DNA of 64,000 nt, taken from the NCBI GenBank assembly GCA_963772365.1, contig CAVYXA010000003.1:160001-224000 (forward strand). The letters are read 5' to 3'. Below, in pieces: positions 30,672-40,175 of the stretch (position 1 is the stretch's first letter; each line of letters starts with the position of its first letter). Both the position numbers and the translations under genes were made by a program. The notes below the pieces were generated by a model, which saw nothing but the letters and a program-made list of their open reading frames with translations, had not been told where the DNA came from and did no database searches. This stretch comes from an uncultured Verrucomicrobiae bacterium. Its GTDB lineage: Bacteria; Verrucomicrobiota; Verrucomicrobiia; Chthoniobacterales; UBA10450.

Positions 30672-32261
30672 ATGAAAAGACTAATCAACTCCGCTATTGT
30701 TCCGCACCTTGTTAGGGGTGCGTTCTCGCTTGGTTTAATTGTAGTCGCCATCCAGTTGATGATTCCGCTCGCTCTTGGCCAGAGAAAGAGTGGCGGTAAT
30801 CTTCAGACTCCGGAAGGCTCCGGTTGTAGTTGGAGCGCCGGCCCCAGCATGCCATCGGTGCTCGTCCGCTCAGTCGGTGTTTACCTTCCGTCCACTGGAC
30901 ACTTTTACGCCATGGGCGGCCGCACGTCCGATGTTGCAGGCAGCGATGTGCAGAATCCGCGTGAATACGATCCCGGAACAAACACTTGGGCGATACGCTC
31001 CGAGACAACGCCCGACAATCAGATGAATAATATGGCTTGCGGAGTACTAACGGACGCTGGAACACAGTGGATTTATTGCGTCGGCGGTTCAGCCGCGGGC
31101 GCGACGACAGCAACGGCGCGGACGTTTCGCTTTAATCCGGTAACCGGGGCAATGGAAAACCTCGGGGGGACATGGCCCGGTGATGCGGACGGGATCACAC
31201 TTCCGGGAGGATTCGCAGTTTTCAATAACAAGCTTTATCTATTCGGCGGATTCCAGATCAACACCTCGATGAAGAATGGAATCTGGGAATTTACGCCTGG
31301 GACAAACACCTGGGTGACCAAGACTGCCACGCTGCCAGTTGGGCTCGGCTACATTCCCACGGCAACCGTTGGGAGCCTGATCTACATGGCTGGCGGTAGC
31401 ACATGGGACGGAACAACCATCAACGACGACAGCAGCTCGGTCGCCTACAATCCAACGACCGACATGATCTCTTCCATTGCCACCATACCCAGAGTGACGT
31501 CTGAGACGCGGGCGCTGACTTACGCTGGCAAAGTGCGGGTTCTCGGAGGGGGCCGCACGCCGCCGAATCCGAACAACGAGGTGGACGTCTATGATCCGGG
31601 TACAAATATGTGGTCGCTCGGAACGCCGTTTACGACACCGCGTCGCAACTTCCCAGCCGATTCGGATGGCTCCACCATCTGGCTGGCTGGCGGCTACGAC
31701 AGTAGTGGCGTAACCCCGTTGGACAGCATGGAGATCTTCACCTGTAGTGCCCCTACGTTAACCGGTGCGGTCTCTCGTAAGACACACACGGGAGTAGGTC
31801 CCTTCGACATCAGTTTGCCAGCGAATACCGAGTGTCGCACGGGCGGCGCAACCAATGATTTCACGATTGTCGCTACGTTCAGTGGGCCGGTGACCGTTAA
31901 TGGTAGCCCGCAGGCGGCGGTGATCGCGGGAACCGGGTGTGTTGGATCTGGAGGCGTGTGCATGGGTGGAACCAATGTAACCATTAGCGGCAATGATGTG
32001 ACGATTCCGCTGACCAATATAGCCGATGATCAGACCATTACCGTGCGACTCAATTCAGTGAACGGCAGCACGAACGTAGATATTATGATGACCAGGAGCG
32101 CCGGAGACACCAATAATACCGGATCTGTAACTTCCGCGGACATCGCTCAAACTAAGAGCCGTATCGGAGGAGCGGTAAATACGACGACTTTCCGCTCGGA
32201 CGTGAACGCAAGCGGCTCGATTAACTCGACTGACGTAACAATCATTAAACAAAACCTGTAA
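30672..32261 (+). CDS. Secreted Kelch-repeat beta-propeller protein with the same C-terminal module
   Basis: About six Kelch repeats (YAMGG..YDPGTNTW); tail AVSRKTHTG..ECRTGG..GDTNNTGSVTSAD..SDVNASGSINSTD. Confidence 0.85.
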   Translation: MKRLINSAIVPHLVRGAFSLGLIVVAIQLMIPLALGQRKSGGNLQTPEGSGCSWSAGPSMPSVLVRSVGVYLPSTGHFYAMGGRTSDVAGSDVQNPREYDPGTNTWAIRSETTPDNQMNNMACGVLTDAGTQWIYCVGGSAAGATTATARTFRFNPVTGAMENLGGTWPGDADGITLPGGFAVFNNKLYLFGGFQINTSMKNGIWEFTPGTNTWVTKTATLPVGLGYIPTATVGSLIYMAGGSTWDGTTINDDSSSVAYNPTTDMISSIATIPRVTSETRALTYAGKVRVLGGGRTPPNPNNEVDVYDPGTNMWSLGTPFTTPRRNFPADSDGSTIWLAGGYDSSGVTPLDSMEIFTCSAPTLTGAVSRKTHTGVGPFDISLPANTECRTGGATNDFTIVATFSGPVTVNGSPQAAVIAGTGCVGSGGVCMGGTNVTISGNDVTIPLTNIADDQTITVRLNSVNGSTNVDIMMTRSAGDTNNTGSVTSADIAQTKSRIGGAVNTTTFRSDVNASGSINSTDVTIIKQNL

Positions 32262-32288
32262 ACGAGGACAGGAGCGTACGATCTGCAT

Positions 32289-32317
32289 ATGTGCCCCGGC
32301 TAACCACCGGGGCACAT
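32289..32317 (+). terminator. Perfect 11-bp hairpin between array genes
   Basis: atgtgccccgg-ctaacca-ccggggcacat; weak U tail. Confidence 0.5.
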
Positions 32318-32349
32318 TGCTGTTGGGCTTATTGATCCGCCATCATCCC

Positions 32350-34326
32350 ATGAATATTTGTCTTGGAACGTCCAAAGCAGTGCTGCTCTATTTCGTAGCA
32401 TCACTATCCCTAACGGCTGCAGTTTTCGGCCAAGGCGCCTCGGGCAAGCATTTGCCCCAGGAGCCGCTGGAAAGGTACGATAATCCGCCAGTTTACATTT
32501 ATCGGGCAGAACCAGGACCGCGGATGATCTCGCGGTTTGGTTCATTTTTCAGTTATCAGGTGAATGTCGATGCAAACGGGAACAACGTTTTGGGCGATGC
32601 GGCCAATGAGCCTTCGATTGCTGTCGATCCGACCGATTCGACAAAGATGACGATCGGCTGGCGGCAATTCAACAGTGTTACGTCCAACTTTCGGCAAGGT
32701 GGCTGGAGTTTCACGACGGACGGCGGAACGACATGGCATTTCCCTGGCGTGCTGGAAAACAACGTTTTCCGAAGCGATCCGGTGTTGAATGCTAACGAGA
32801 CCGGCACGTTTTTTTATCTGAGTCTCCTGCAATCGTTTTGTGACGATATGTGGCGTTCGCTCAATGGCGGTCAGATGTGGACGCGGTTGCAAGCTTCCGG
32901 CGGCGCGATGGGTGGTGACAAGCAGTGGTTCACAATCGACACGACGAACGGCACAGGGCACGGTTTCCAGTACCAGACATGGAGCACGGCCGCCCCCTGT
33001 AGCTTTGGGCAATTCAACCGTTCCACGGACGGCGGAGTGACTTGGCAAACTCCTCTCAATCTCCCCAACTCTCCGGTTTGGGGAACACTCGATGTCGCCA
33101 GCAATGGCTATCTCTTCATTGGTGGCGCAAGCAACTTCGCCAGCCCATTCTGGTGCCTCCGTTCGACCGATGCGCAGAATCCTGGCGTGACGCCTGCGTT
33201 CGACCAGGTCACTCAAGTGAACCTCGGCGGCAGTCTGGTTTTTGCCGCCGCAATCAATCCGGATGGCCTGGTCGGGCAAAGTTTCCTGGCTGTAGATCGA
33301 TCCGGCAGCCCTACGAACAACAATATTTATATGCTGGCGAGCGTTCAGCCGTTTAGCGCAGGCAATGGATCAGACGTGATGTTCGCCCGCAGCACGAACG
33401 GCGGGGCAAGCTTCAGCGTACCGGTCCGGATCAACGACGATCCGATCAATCAAAATAAATGGCACTGGCTGGGCACGCTGGCAGTTGCGCCTAACGGACG
33501 GATCGATTGTGTGTGGCTCGACACCCGCAACGCCGCCAACAATACCGATTCGCAACTGTTCTACTCTTACAGCACCGATGGCGGCGCGACGTGGGCGCCT
33601 AATGTGGCAGTGAGCAATCCATTTAATCCATTCGAGGGTTATCCCAATCAGAACAAGATCGGCGATTACATCACGATCGTGTCGGACAACACGGGCGGCA
33701 ATGTGGCCTATTCGGCCACGTTTAATTTCAACGCGAGCCGTGGTCAGCACGAAGAGGACGTTTATTACGTGCGAGTGGCACCGCCGGGACTGCCGGTGGC
33801 GCAAAGTGCTGTGTCGCGAAAAGTACATGGAGGAGCCGGCACCTTCGATGTCGATCTTGGAGTAAGCGGGCCGCCGGGAATCGAATGTCGCAGTGGCGGA
33901 GCCACCAACGATTATACGATAGTGGTGACTTTCGCTGATCCCGTGACAGTGAACGGAAATCCGCAAGCGCAGGTGATCGCCGGAACGGGAATTGTCGGCA
34001 GCGGCGGAGTAAGCAATGGCGGCATGGTGACAGTGAGCGGTAACACGGTCACGATTCCTTTGACCAATGTAGCCAACGCGCAGACGATCACGGTGCGACT
34101 TAATTCAGTAAATGGCGTAGCCAATGTGGATATTGGAATGAGTGTGTTAGTGGGCGACGTGAATGGAAATGCGACAGTAAATTCTTCCGATGTCAGCCAG
34201 ACGAAGTCGCAGATCGGTCAGGCAGTAACCGGATCCAATTTCCGAACGGACGTAAACGCCAACGGCACGATTAATTCCACTGATGCTTCGCAAGTAAAAG
34301 CAAACGTCGGCACCGGCCTGCCTTAG
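32350..34326 (+). CDS. Secreted BNR/Asp-box propeller protein with dockerin-like tail (paralogue 2)
   Basis: Same architecture as 28543-30513; 3' part identical at the nucleotide level. Confidence 0.85.
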   Translation: MNICLGTSKAVLLYFVASLSLTAAVFGQGASGKHLPQEPLERYDNPPVYIYRAEPGPRMISRFGSFFSYQVNVDANGNNVLGDAANEPSIAVDPTDSTKMTIGWRQFNSVTSNFRQGGWSFTTDGGTTWHFPGVLENNVFRSDPVLNANETGTFFYLSLLQSFCDDMWRSLNGGQMWTRLQASGGAMGGDKQWFTIDTTNGTGHGFQYQTWSTAAPCSFGQFNRSTDGGVTWQTPLNLPNSPVWGTLDVASNGYLFIGGASNFASPFWCLRSTDAQNPGVTPAFDQVTQVNLGGSLVFAAAINPDGLVGQSFLAVDRSGSPTNNNIYMLASVQPFSAGNGSDVMFARSTNGGASFSVPVRINDDPINQNKWHWLGTLAVAPNGRIDCVWLDTRNAANNTDSQLFYSYSTDGGATWAPNVAVSNPFNPFEGYPNQNKIGDYITIVSDNTGGNVAYSATFNFNASRGQHEEDVYYVRVAPPGLPVAQSAVSRKVHGGAGTFDVDLGVSGPPGIECRSGGATNDYTIVVTFADPVTVNGNPQAQVIAGTGIVGSGGVSNGGMVTVSGNTVTIPLTNVANAQTITVRLNSVNGVANVDIGMSVLVGDVNGNATVNSSDVSQTKSQIGQAVTGSNFRTDVNANGTINSTDASQVKANVGTGLP

Positions 34327-34385
34327 AACGATTCGAACTGCAACGTCCAAGTCAATTGATCAGCAACACGCAAGGGGAACTGTTT

Positions 34386-36365
34386 ATGAAAATCCGCATC
34401 ATCATCTTAAACATCATCGCCAGTTTATTTTCGTTGTCGTTAGCCGCTGTGGCCTCGGCGCAGCTGGTGCCGACTCATCCAGCGGTACGAGAAGAACTGG
34501 TCGAGCGATATGACAACCCGCCCGCGCCGCCTCAAAAGATCCAGACTTCGCCGCGAATGATCTCCGTGTTTGGGGCGTTCGCCAGTTACCAGGTGAATGT
34601 CGATGCAAATGGGGACAATATTCTCGGCGACGCCGCTAACGAGTGTGCAATCTCCGTTGATCCCACTGACGGCAATAAGATGACGATTGCGTGGAGGCAG
34701 TTCAACAATGTGACTTCGAACTTTCGGCAAGGCGGCTGGGGTTACACCACAGATTCCGGCCTGACGTGGAATTTTCCTGGTGTTTTGCAAAACAATGTTT
34801 TCCGGAGCGATCCGGTGACTAAATCAGACGAGATCGGCCAATTTTTTTATCTCAGTCTGCAATCGGACGTAAACACGTCGTTTTTCTGCGATGACCTGTG
34901 GCGTTCGACAAATGGTGGCCAATCGTGGACGGAGCAGTCTCCCGATCGAGGCGGCGGCGGCGGCGACAAGCAGTGGTTGACCATCGACAGAACCAACGGG
35001 CCGGGGCACGGCTTCCAGTACCAGGCGGACGACGGTATTAACTGCAGCGGTGGCGGCGTGGAATTCCAACGCTCCACCAATGGCGGCGTAACGTGGCAGT
35101 CGCCAGTCGTTATTCCAAATTCGCCCGTATATGGCACGCTCGATGTAGATTCGAACGGCAATGTTTTTGTCGGTGGCTGGAGCGGGGGTTCAACGTTTCG
35201 CTGTATTCGGTCGAGCAATGCGCAGAACGGCGGCCAGACGCCATCCTTTGATCGAAACACCTCTGTCAGCCTCGGTGGCACTATTGTTCAAGGTGGAATA
35301 AATAACGTGGGACTTTGTGGGCAGGTGTTCCTGGCGATCGACCACTCCGGCGGCCCGACTAATAACAACATTTATATGCTGGCCAGTGTGGAGCCCTCCG
35401 GGCGGAACACCACCGACGTGATGTTTGTGCGCAGCACCGACGGCGGACTGACCTTCAGCGCGCCGCACCGGATCAATGACGATGGGCTCACAAATAAATG
35501 GCACTGGTTTGGCACATTCGCCGTAGCTCCGAATGGGCGTCTTGACGCGGTCTGGCTTGACTCCCGCAATGCAGCCAACAACACCGACTCGCAGTTATTC
35601 TATTCTTATAGCACCGATGGCGGCGCGACGTGGGCGGCCAACGTGGCAGTGAGCAATTCGTTTAATCCTATGGAGGGTTATCCGAATCAAAGCAAGATCG
35701 GCGATTACATCACGATCGTATCGGACAATACCGGCGGCAATGTAGCCTATTCGGCCACGTTCAATTTCAACGCGAGCCGTGGTCAGCACGAAGAGGACGT
35801 TTATTACGTCCGAGTGGCACCGCCGGGACTGCCGGTGGCCCAAAGTGCTGTGTCGCGAAAAGTACATGGAGGGGCCGGGACCTTCGATGTTGATCTTGGA
35901 ATCGGAGGGCCACCGGGCATCGAATGTCGCAGTGGCGGAGCCACCAACGATTATACGATAGTGGTGACTTTCGCTGATCCCGTGACAGTGAACGGAAATC
36001 CGCAAGCGCAGGTGATCGCCGGAACGGGAATCGTGGGCAGCGGCGGAGTAAGCAATGGCGGCATGGTGACGGTGAGCGGCAACACAGTGACGATTCCTCT
36101 GACCAATGTGGCCAACGTCCAGACGATCACGGTTCGGCTCAACTCGGTGAATGGTGTGACTAATGTCGATGTTCCAATGAGTGTGTTGATAGGAGACGTG
36201 AATGGGAACGCTACCGTCAACGCGTCCGATGTCAGTCTGACAAAAGCGCAGATCGGCCAGGCTGTAACTGCCTCGAATTTCCGCGAAGACGTCAATGCCA
36301 GCGGCACGATCAACTCCACTGATGCTTCTCAAGTGAAAGCAAACGTGGGCACCGGTCTGCAGTAA
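34386..36365 (+). CDS. Secreted BNR/Asp-box propeller protein with dockerin-like tail (paralogue 3)
   Basis: Same architecture; tail similar but with scattered, mostly synonymous changes. Confidence 0.85.
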   Translation: MKIRIIILNIIASLFSLSLAAVASAQLVPTHPAVREELVERYDNPPAPPQKIQTSPRMISVFGAFASYQVNVDANGDNILGDAANECAISVDPTDGNKMTIAWRQFNNVTSNFRQGGWGYTTDSGLTWNFPGVLQNNVFRSDPVTKSDEIGQFFYLSLQSDVNTSFFCDDLWRSTNGGQSWTEQSPDRGGGGGDKQWLTIDRTNGPGHGFQYQADDGINCSGGGVEFQRSTNGGVTWQSPVVIPNSPVYGTLDVDSNGNVFVGGWSGGSTFRCIRSSNAQNGGQTPSFDRNTSVSLGGTIVQGGINNVGLCGQVFLAIDHSGGPTNNNIYMLASVEPSGRNTTDVMFVRSTDGGLTFSAPHRINDDGLTNKWHWFGTFAVAPNGRLDAVWLDSRNAANNTDSQLFYSYSTDGGATWAANVAVSNSFNPMEGYPNQSKIGDYITIVSDNTGGNVAYSATFNFNASRGQHEEDVYYVRVAPPGLPVAQSAVSRKVHGGAGTFDVDLGIGGPPGIECRSGGATNDYTIVVTFADPVTVNGNPQAQVIAGTGIVGSGGVSNGGMVTVSGNTVTIPLTNVANVQTITVRLNSVNGVTNVDVPMSVLIGDVNGNATVNASDVSLTKAQIGQAVTASNFREDVNASGTINSTDASQVKANVGTGLQ

Positions 36366-36697
36366 ACTTATTCCTCGTTTTCTGGAAGACTGTCGATCTT
36401 GAGTCGCAGTCTGTCGGCCGCGCGCTCGATGACGTCGCGCGCCCGGGTGTTTTTTCTCGCGTCTCGCGATGGACCTGATCCATGAATGGATCCATTGCGG
36501 ACTCGATCATGCTAAGTTTCCGGCGAGTTGCTGTCACTTTCCTTTGCAGCTCCGGTTGAGATGATTTATCGCGCCCCGACCACTTCACGTTTGAAGTGCG
36601 AATTGATTTTGTGCGGATGCAGCGGGAGAAAAAAAATCGAGCGCGTCGTTTGAGTTCGGGCTCGCGCCCTTGCAGGGATTACGTTAGGAACGGATCT

Positions 36698-37186
36698 TTG
36701 AACGGAAAACAACCTGCCTCTTCTCTGGAAGTGCGCCAGTCTCGAGTGCATGGGCGCGGCGTTTACACCACTCGCTCAATTCCAGCAGGCAAACGAATCA
36801 TCGAATACACCGGCGAGCGGGTTTTGTGGGAAGATGCTCCTGACGACGAGGACGATCCGCACACCTTCAATTTCGGTCTGGAAAACGGCTTGGTTATCAA
36901 CCCGGAAATTGGCGGCAACGATGCGCGCTGGATCAATCATTCCTGCGAGCCGAACTGCGAGGCGATCGAGGAGGACGAGCGCATTTTTATTTACGCGTTG
37001 CGCGACATCGAACCGGGCGAGGAACTCTTTTACGATTATGCGCTGGAAATCGACGAGCCGATTACGGCTGAGTCGGCCACGAAACACAAGTGTTGCTGTG
37101 GCAGTGCAAAATGTCGGGGAACGATGCTCGAATTAGAAAGTCCTCTTCAGGCAGCCAGGAATTTCGCAAAAACAATTAGTGATTAG
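36698..37186 (+). CDS. SET-domain protein-lysine methyltransferase with post-SET
   Basis: SRVHGRGV, IIEYTGE, ARWINHSCEPN, GEELFYDY and CCCGSAKCRG; start uncertain (TTG 36698). Confidence 0.88.
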   Translation: MNGKQPASSLEVRQSRVHGRGVYTTRSIPAGKRIIEYTGERVLWEDAPDDEDDPHTFNFGLENGLVINPEIGGNDARWINHSCEPNCEAIEEDERIFIYALRDIEPGEELFYDYALEIDEPITAESATKHKCCCGSAKCRGTMLELESPLQAARNFAKTISD

Positions 37187-37225
37187 CGATAGCCATTCTC
37201 GACTGCCGCATTCTTTTCCGGCTCG

Positions 37226-38908
37226 ATGATCAACGATCTCTGGTACAAAAACGCCGTTATTTATTGCCTGTCGGTTGGCACTTACATGGATTCTGACGCC
37301 GATGGGGATGGAGATTTTCGAGGACTGATGCGCCAGCTCGATTATCTGCAGGGACTTGGCGTCACCGCCATTTGGCTGATGCCGTTTCAAACATCACCGC
37401 GCCGGGATGATGGTTACGACGTGTCGGACTATTACAATGTCGATCCTCGTTATGGCACGCTCGGAGATTTTGTAGAGTTCACTCACGCTGCCAGACAACG
37501 TGGCATTCGGGTTCTAATCGATCTCGTGGTCAACCACACCTCCGACCAGCACCCGTGGTTCAAGGAAGCTCGCCGCGATCCAAACTCCAAATATCGCCAG
37601 TGGTATGTTTGGTCCAAGAAAAAGCCGCCGCGGGTGAACCAGGGTATGGTTTTTCCAGGCGTGCAAAAAACGACCTGGACCTATGATTCCAAGGCGCGGG
37701 CCTGGTACTTTCATCGGTTTTACAATTTCCAACCCGATCTCAATAGCGAAAATCCCGATGTCCAGGCGGAGATTTTGAAAATCATGGGCTTCTGGATTCA
37801 GCTGGGCGTCTCGGGGTTCCGCATGGATGCTGTCCCCTTCATTATTTCTGAGAAAGGCCCGGCGGTCCGAAAACCAAAGTTGCACTTCGACATGCTGCGT
37901 TCTTTTCGCGAGTTCCTTCAATGGCGACAAGGTGATTGCATCATCCTGGCTGAGGCAAATGTCCTACCCGAAACCGATCTGGAGTATTTCGGCGACGAAG
38001 GCGAACGAATGCACATGATGTTCAATTTTCAGGTAAACCAAAACCTGTTTTACGCCCTGGCCGCGGCGGATATCCGTCCGCTAATCGAGGCGCTCGAAGC
38101 GACAAAGCCGCGTCCTGCGACTGCCCAGTGGGGAATGTTTTTGCGTAATCACGATGAACTGGATCTGGGTCGTTTGACTATGCAACAGCGGCAGACTGTT
38201 TTCCGCGCGTTTGGACCCACAAAGAATATGCAACTTTACAATCGCGGAATTCGACGCCGCCTCGCGCCGATGTTGGGCGGTAACCGCAGGCGGATCGAGC
38301 TTGCCTACAGCCTGATGTTCACGCTGCCCGGCACGCCGGTGATTCGCTACGGTGACGAACTGGGCATGGGCGACGATCTTAGTCTGCCGGAACGCCAGAG
38401 TGCGCGTACAGCAATGCAGTGGTCGAACGAGCCGCAGAGCGGATTTACAAAAAGTTCCCGACCAGACACGAAAGTAATCGAGGAAGGACCGTACGGATAT
38501 CAGCACATTAATGCTGCAATTCAACGGCGCGATCCCGAATCACTTTTGAACTGGACGGAGCGCATTATCCGCATGCGCAAAGAGGTTCCCGAAATCGGCT
38601 GGGGCGATTTCGCCGTTCTCAATGTTCGCGATCGGGCCGTGCTGGCGTTGCGCTACGACTGGCGCAATAACTCGGTATTTTTTCTGCACAATCTCGGTGA
38701 GAAACCGCGTGAAATTTCACTCGATCCAAAGGTGAAACCCGAGCATGGCGCACTGCTGGTCAACCTTCTCAGTGAGGATCACAGCCGGGCTGATAAGTCC
38801 GGCAGGCACCACATCGTTCTCGAAGGCTATGGTTATCGCTGGTACCGCGTCGGCGGACTCGATTACCTTCTTCGCAGGAAAGAGATCGACAAAACTGCCA
38901 AGAAATAA
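37226..38908 (+). CDS. GH13 trehalose synthase (TreS)-like alpha-amylase family protein
   Basis: DDGYDVSDY, DLVVNHTSDQHPWF, GFRMDAVP, FLRNHDEL, GIRRRLAPML. Confidence 0.85.
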   Translation: MINDLWYKNAVIYCLSVGTYMDSDADGDGDFRGLMRQLDYLQGLGVTAIWLMPFQTSPRRDDGYDVSDYYNVDPRYGTLGDFVEFTHAARQRGIRVLIDLVVNHTSDQHPWFKEARRDPNSKYRQWYVWSKKKPPRVNQGMVFPGVQKTTWTYDSKARAWYFHRFYNFQPDLNSENPDVQAEILKIMGFWIQLGVSGFRMDAVPFIISEKGPAVRKPKLHFDMLRSFREFLQWRQGDCIILAEANVLPETDLEYFGDEGERMHMMFNFQVNQNLFYALAAADIRPLIEALEATKPRPATAQWGMFLRNHDELDLGRLTMQQRQTVFRAFGPTKNMQLYNRGIRRRLAPMLGGNRRRIELAYSLMFTLPGTPVIRYGDELGMGDDLSLPERQSARTAMQWSNEPQSGFTKSSRPDTKVIEEGPYGYQHINAAIQRRDPESLLNWTERIIRMRKEVPEIGWGDFAVLNVRDRAVLALRYDWRNNSVFFLHNLGEKPREISLDPKVKPEHGALLVNLLSEDHSRADKSGRHHIVLEGYGYRWYRVGGLDYLLRRKEIDKTAKK

Positions 38909-38982
38909 AGCTGGTTTCCACCCGATCAGTACCGGCAGGACTTTAGCATTTAAGCGTTCCGCTTTTTGTCTATTCTGTTGCC

Positions 38983-40110
38983 ATGGAACGCCGAGAATTC
39001 TTGATCAAATCTGGGATGGCTGCGGCAGCGACAGCTTTTCTCGAGCCGGCTGTAGCTCTAGGCCAGAAGAAACAAATGTGGCCGGGATATGCCAGCGCCA
39101 CCGTGATCGATGCGCTCGGCGCGCCAGGCCATGGAACATTCGGCGATCGCGTCCCGTTGATTCCATCCGATGTCGCCGACATCAAAGCATCCGGTTTGAC
39201 GGCGATTAATGTCACCGTCGGCGGCGTCGGCAATTACGCGAAGGATTTTGAGGATGCCCTGCAAAACATTGCCTTTTGGGATCAGCAAATCGCAGTTCAC
39301 CCTGATGCGTTAATGAAAATCAAAGGAAGCGCCGATCTGCTCGAGGCGAAGAAGAATCGGAAAGTCGGCCTGATCTACGGCTTCCAGGACGCCACACCTT
39401 TTGGCCAATCGGCCGATCGACTCGATCTTTTTCTCGATCTCGATGTCCGCATTATTCAGCTCACTTACAATCGGGCCAATCTCGTCGGCGATGGCTGCAT
39501 GGAACCACGCAAGGCCGGGCTGAGCTTGTTCGGGCGCGATCTGGTTGCACGTCTAAACGAGAAACGTGTGTTGATTGACCTGAGCCATTGCGGCGAGCAC
39601 ACGACATTGGAAACAATCGAGCGTTCGACGCAACCGGTTTCAATCACCCATGCCGGTTGCATGGCAATCGCTAATCTTCCTCGCAACAAAACCGATGAAG
39701 AACTGCGCAAACTCGCCGAAAAAGGCGGCGTCGTCGGGATTTATCTGATGCCATTTCTGCGGACAACCGGTCAACCGATGGCTCTTGATGTGATCCAGCA
39801 TATCGAACACGCGCTCAAGATCTGCGGTGAAGACCATGTTGGTATCGGTACTGACGGCGTAATTTCCGCGATCAATGTGACGCCGGAATTTCGAAAGCAA
39901 TTCCGGGAGGAAATAGCGCAGCGCCGGAAGCGTGGGATATCCGCGCCGGGTGAAAGGGAAGACGCATTCACATTTGTGCCTGATCTAAATACTCCGGAAC
40001 GCTTTGAAACGATCGGGTACTTGCTATCGAAGCGCGGTCATTCCGACACGCAGATCGAGAAAATTCTTGGCGGCAATTTTGGCCGCATCTTTAGAGAGGT
40101 GTGGGGCTGA
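38983..40110 (+). CDS. Tat-exported membrane dipeptidase (peptidase M19)
   Basis: MERREFL twin-arginine signal; QLTYN, IDLSH, RNKTDEELR, DHVGIGTD, KILGGNF. Confidence 0.85.
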   Translation: MERREFLIKSGMAAAATAFLEPAVALGQKKQMWPGYASATVIDALGAPGHGTFGDRVPLIPSDVADIKASGLTAINVTVGGVGNYAKDFEDALQNIAFWDQQIAVHPDALMKIKGSADLLEAKKNRKVGLIYGFQDATPFGQSADRLDLFLDLDVRIIQLTYNRANLVGDGCMEPRKAGLSLFGRDLVARLNEKRVLIDLSHCGEHTTLETIERSTQPVSITHAGCMAIANLPRNKTDEELRKLAEKGGVVGIYLMPFLRTTGQPMALDVIQHIEHALKICGEDHVGIGTDGVISAINVTPEFRKQFREEIAQRRKRGISAPGEREDAFTFVPDLNTPERFETIGYLLSKRGHSDTQIEKILGGNFGRIFREVWG

Positions 40111-40175
40111 GTACGATTCAGATCTCGAGCTCGTGAGACACGCTCGATGGCGGATCGGAAATCGAATCCAAGACG

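Noticed and set aside
28543..36365. Diversity-generating retroelement (TR/VR pair)
   Set aside because: There is no reverse transcriptase in the window, two copies are identical, and differences in the third are not adenine-specific.
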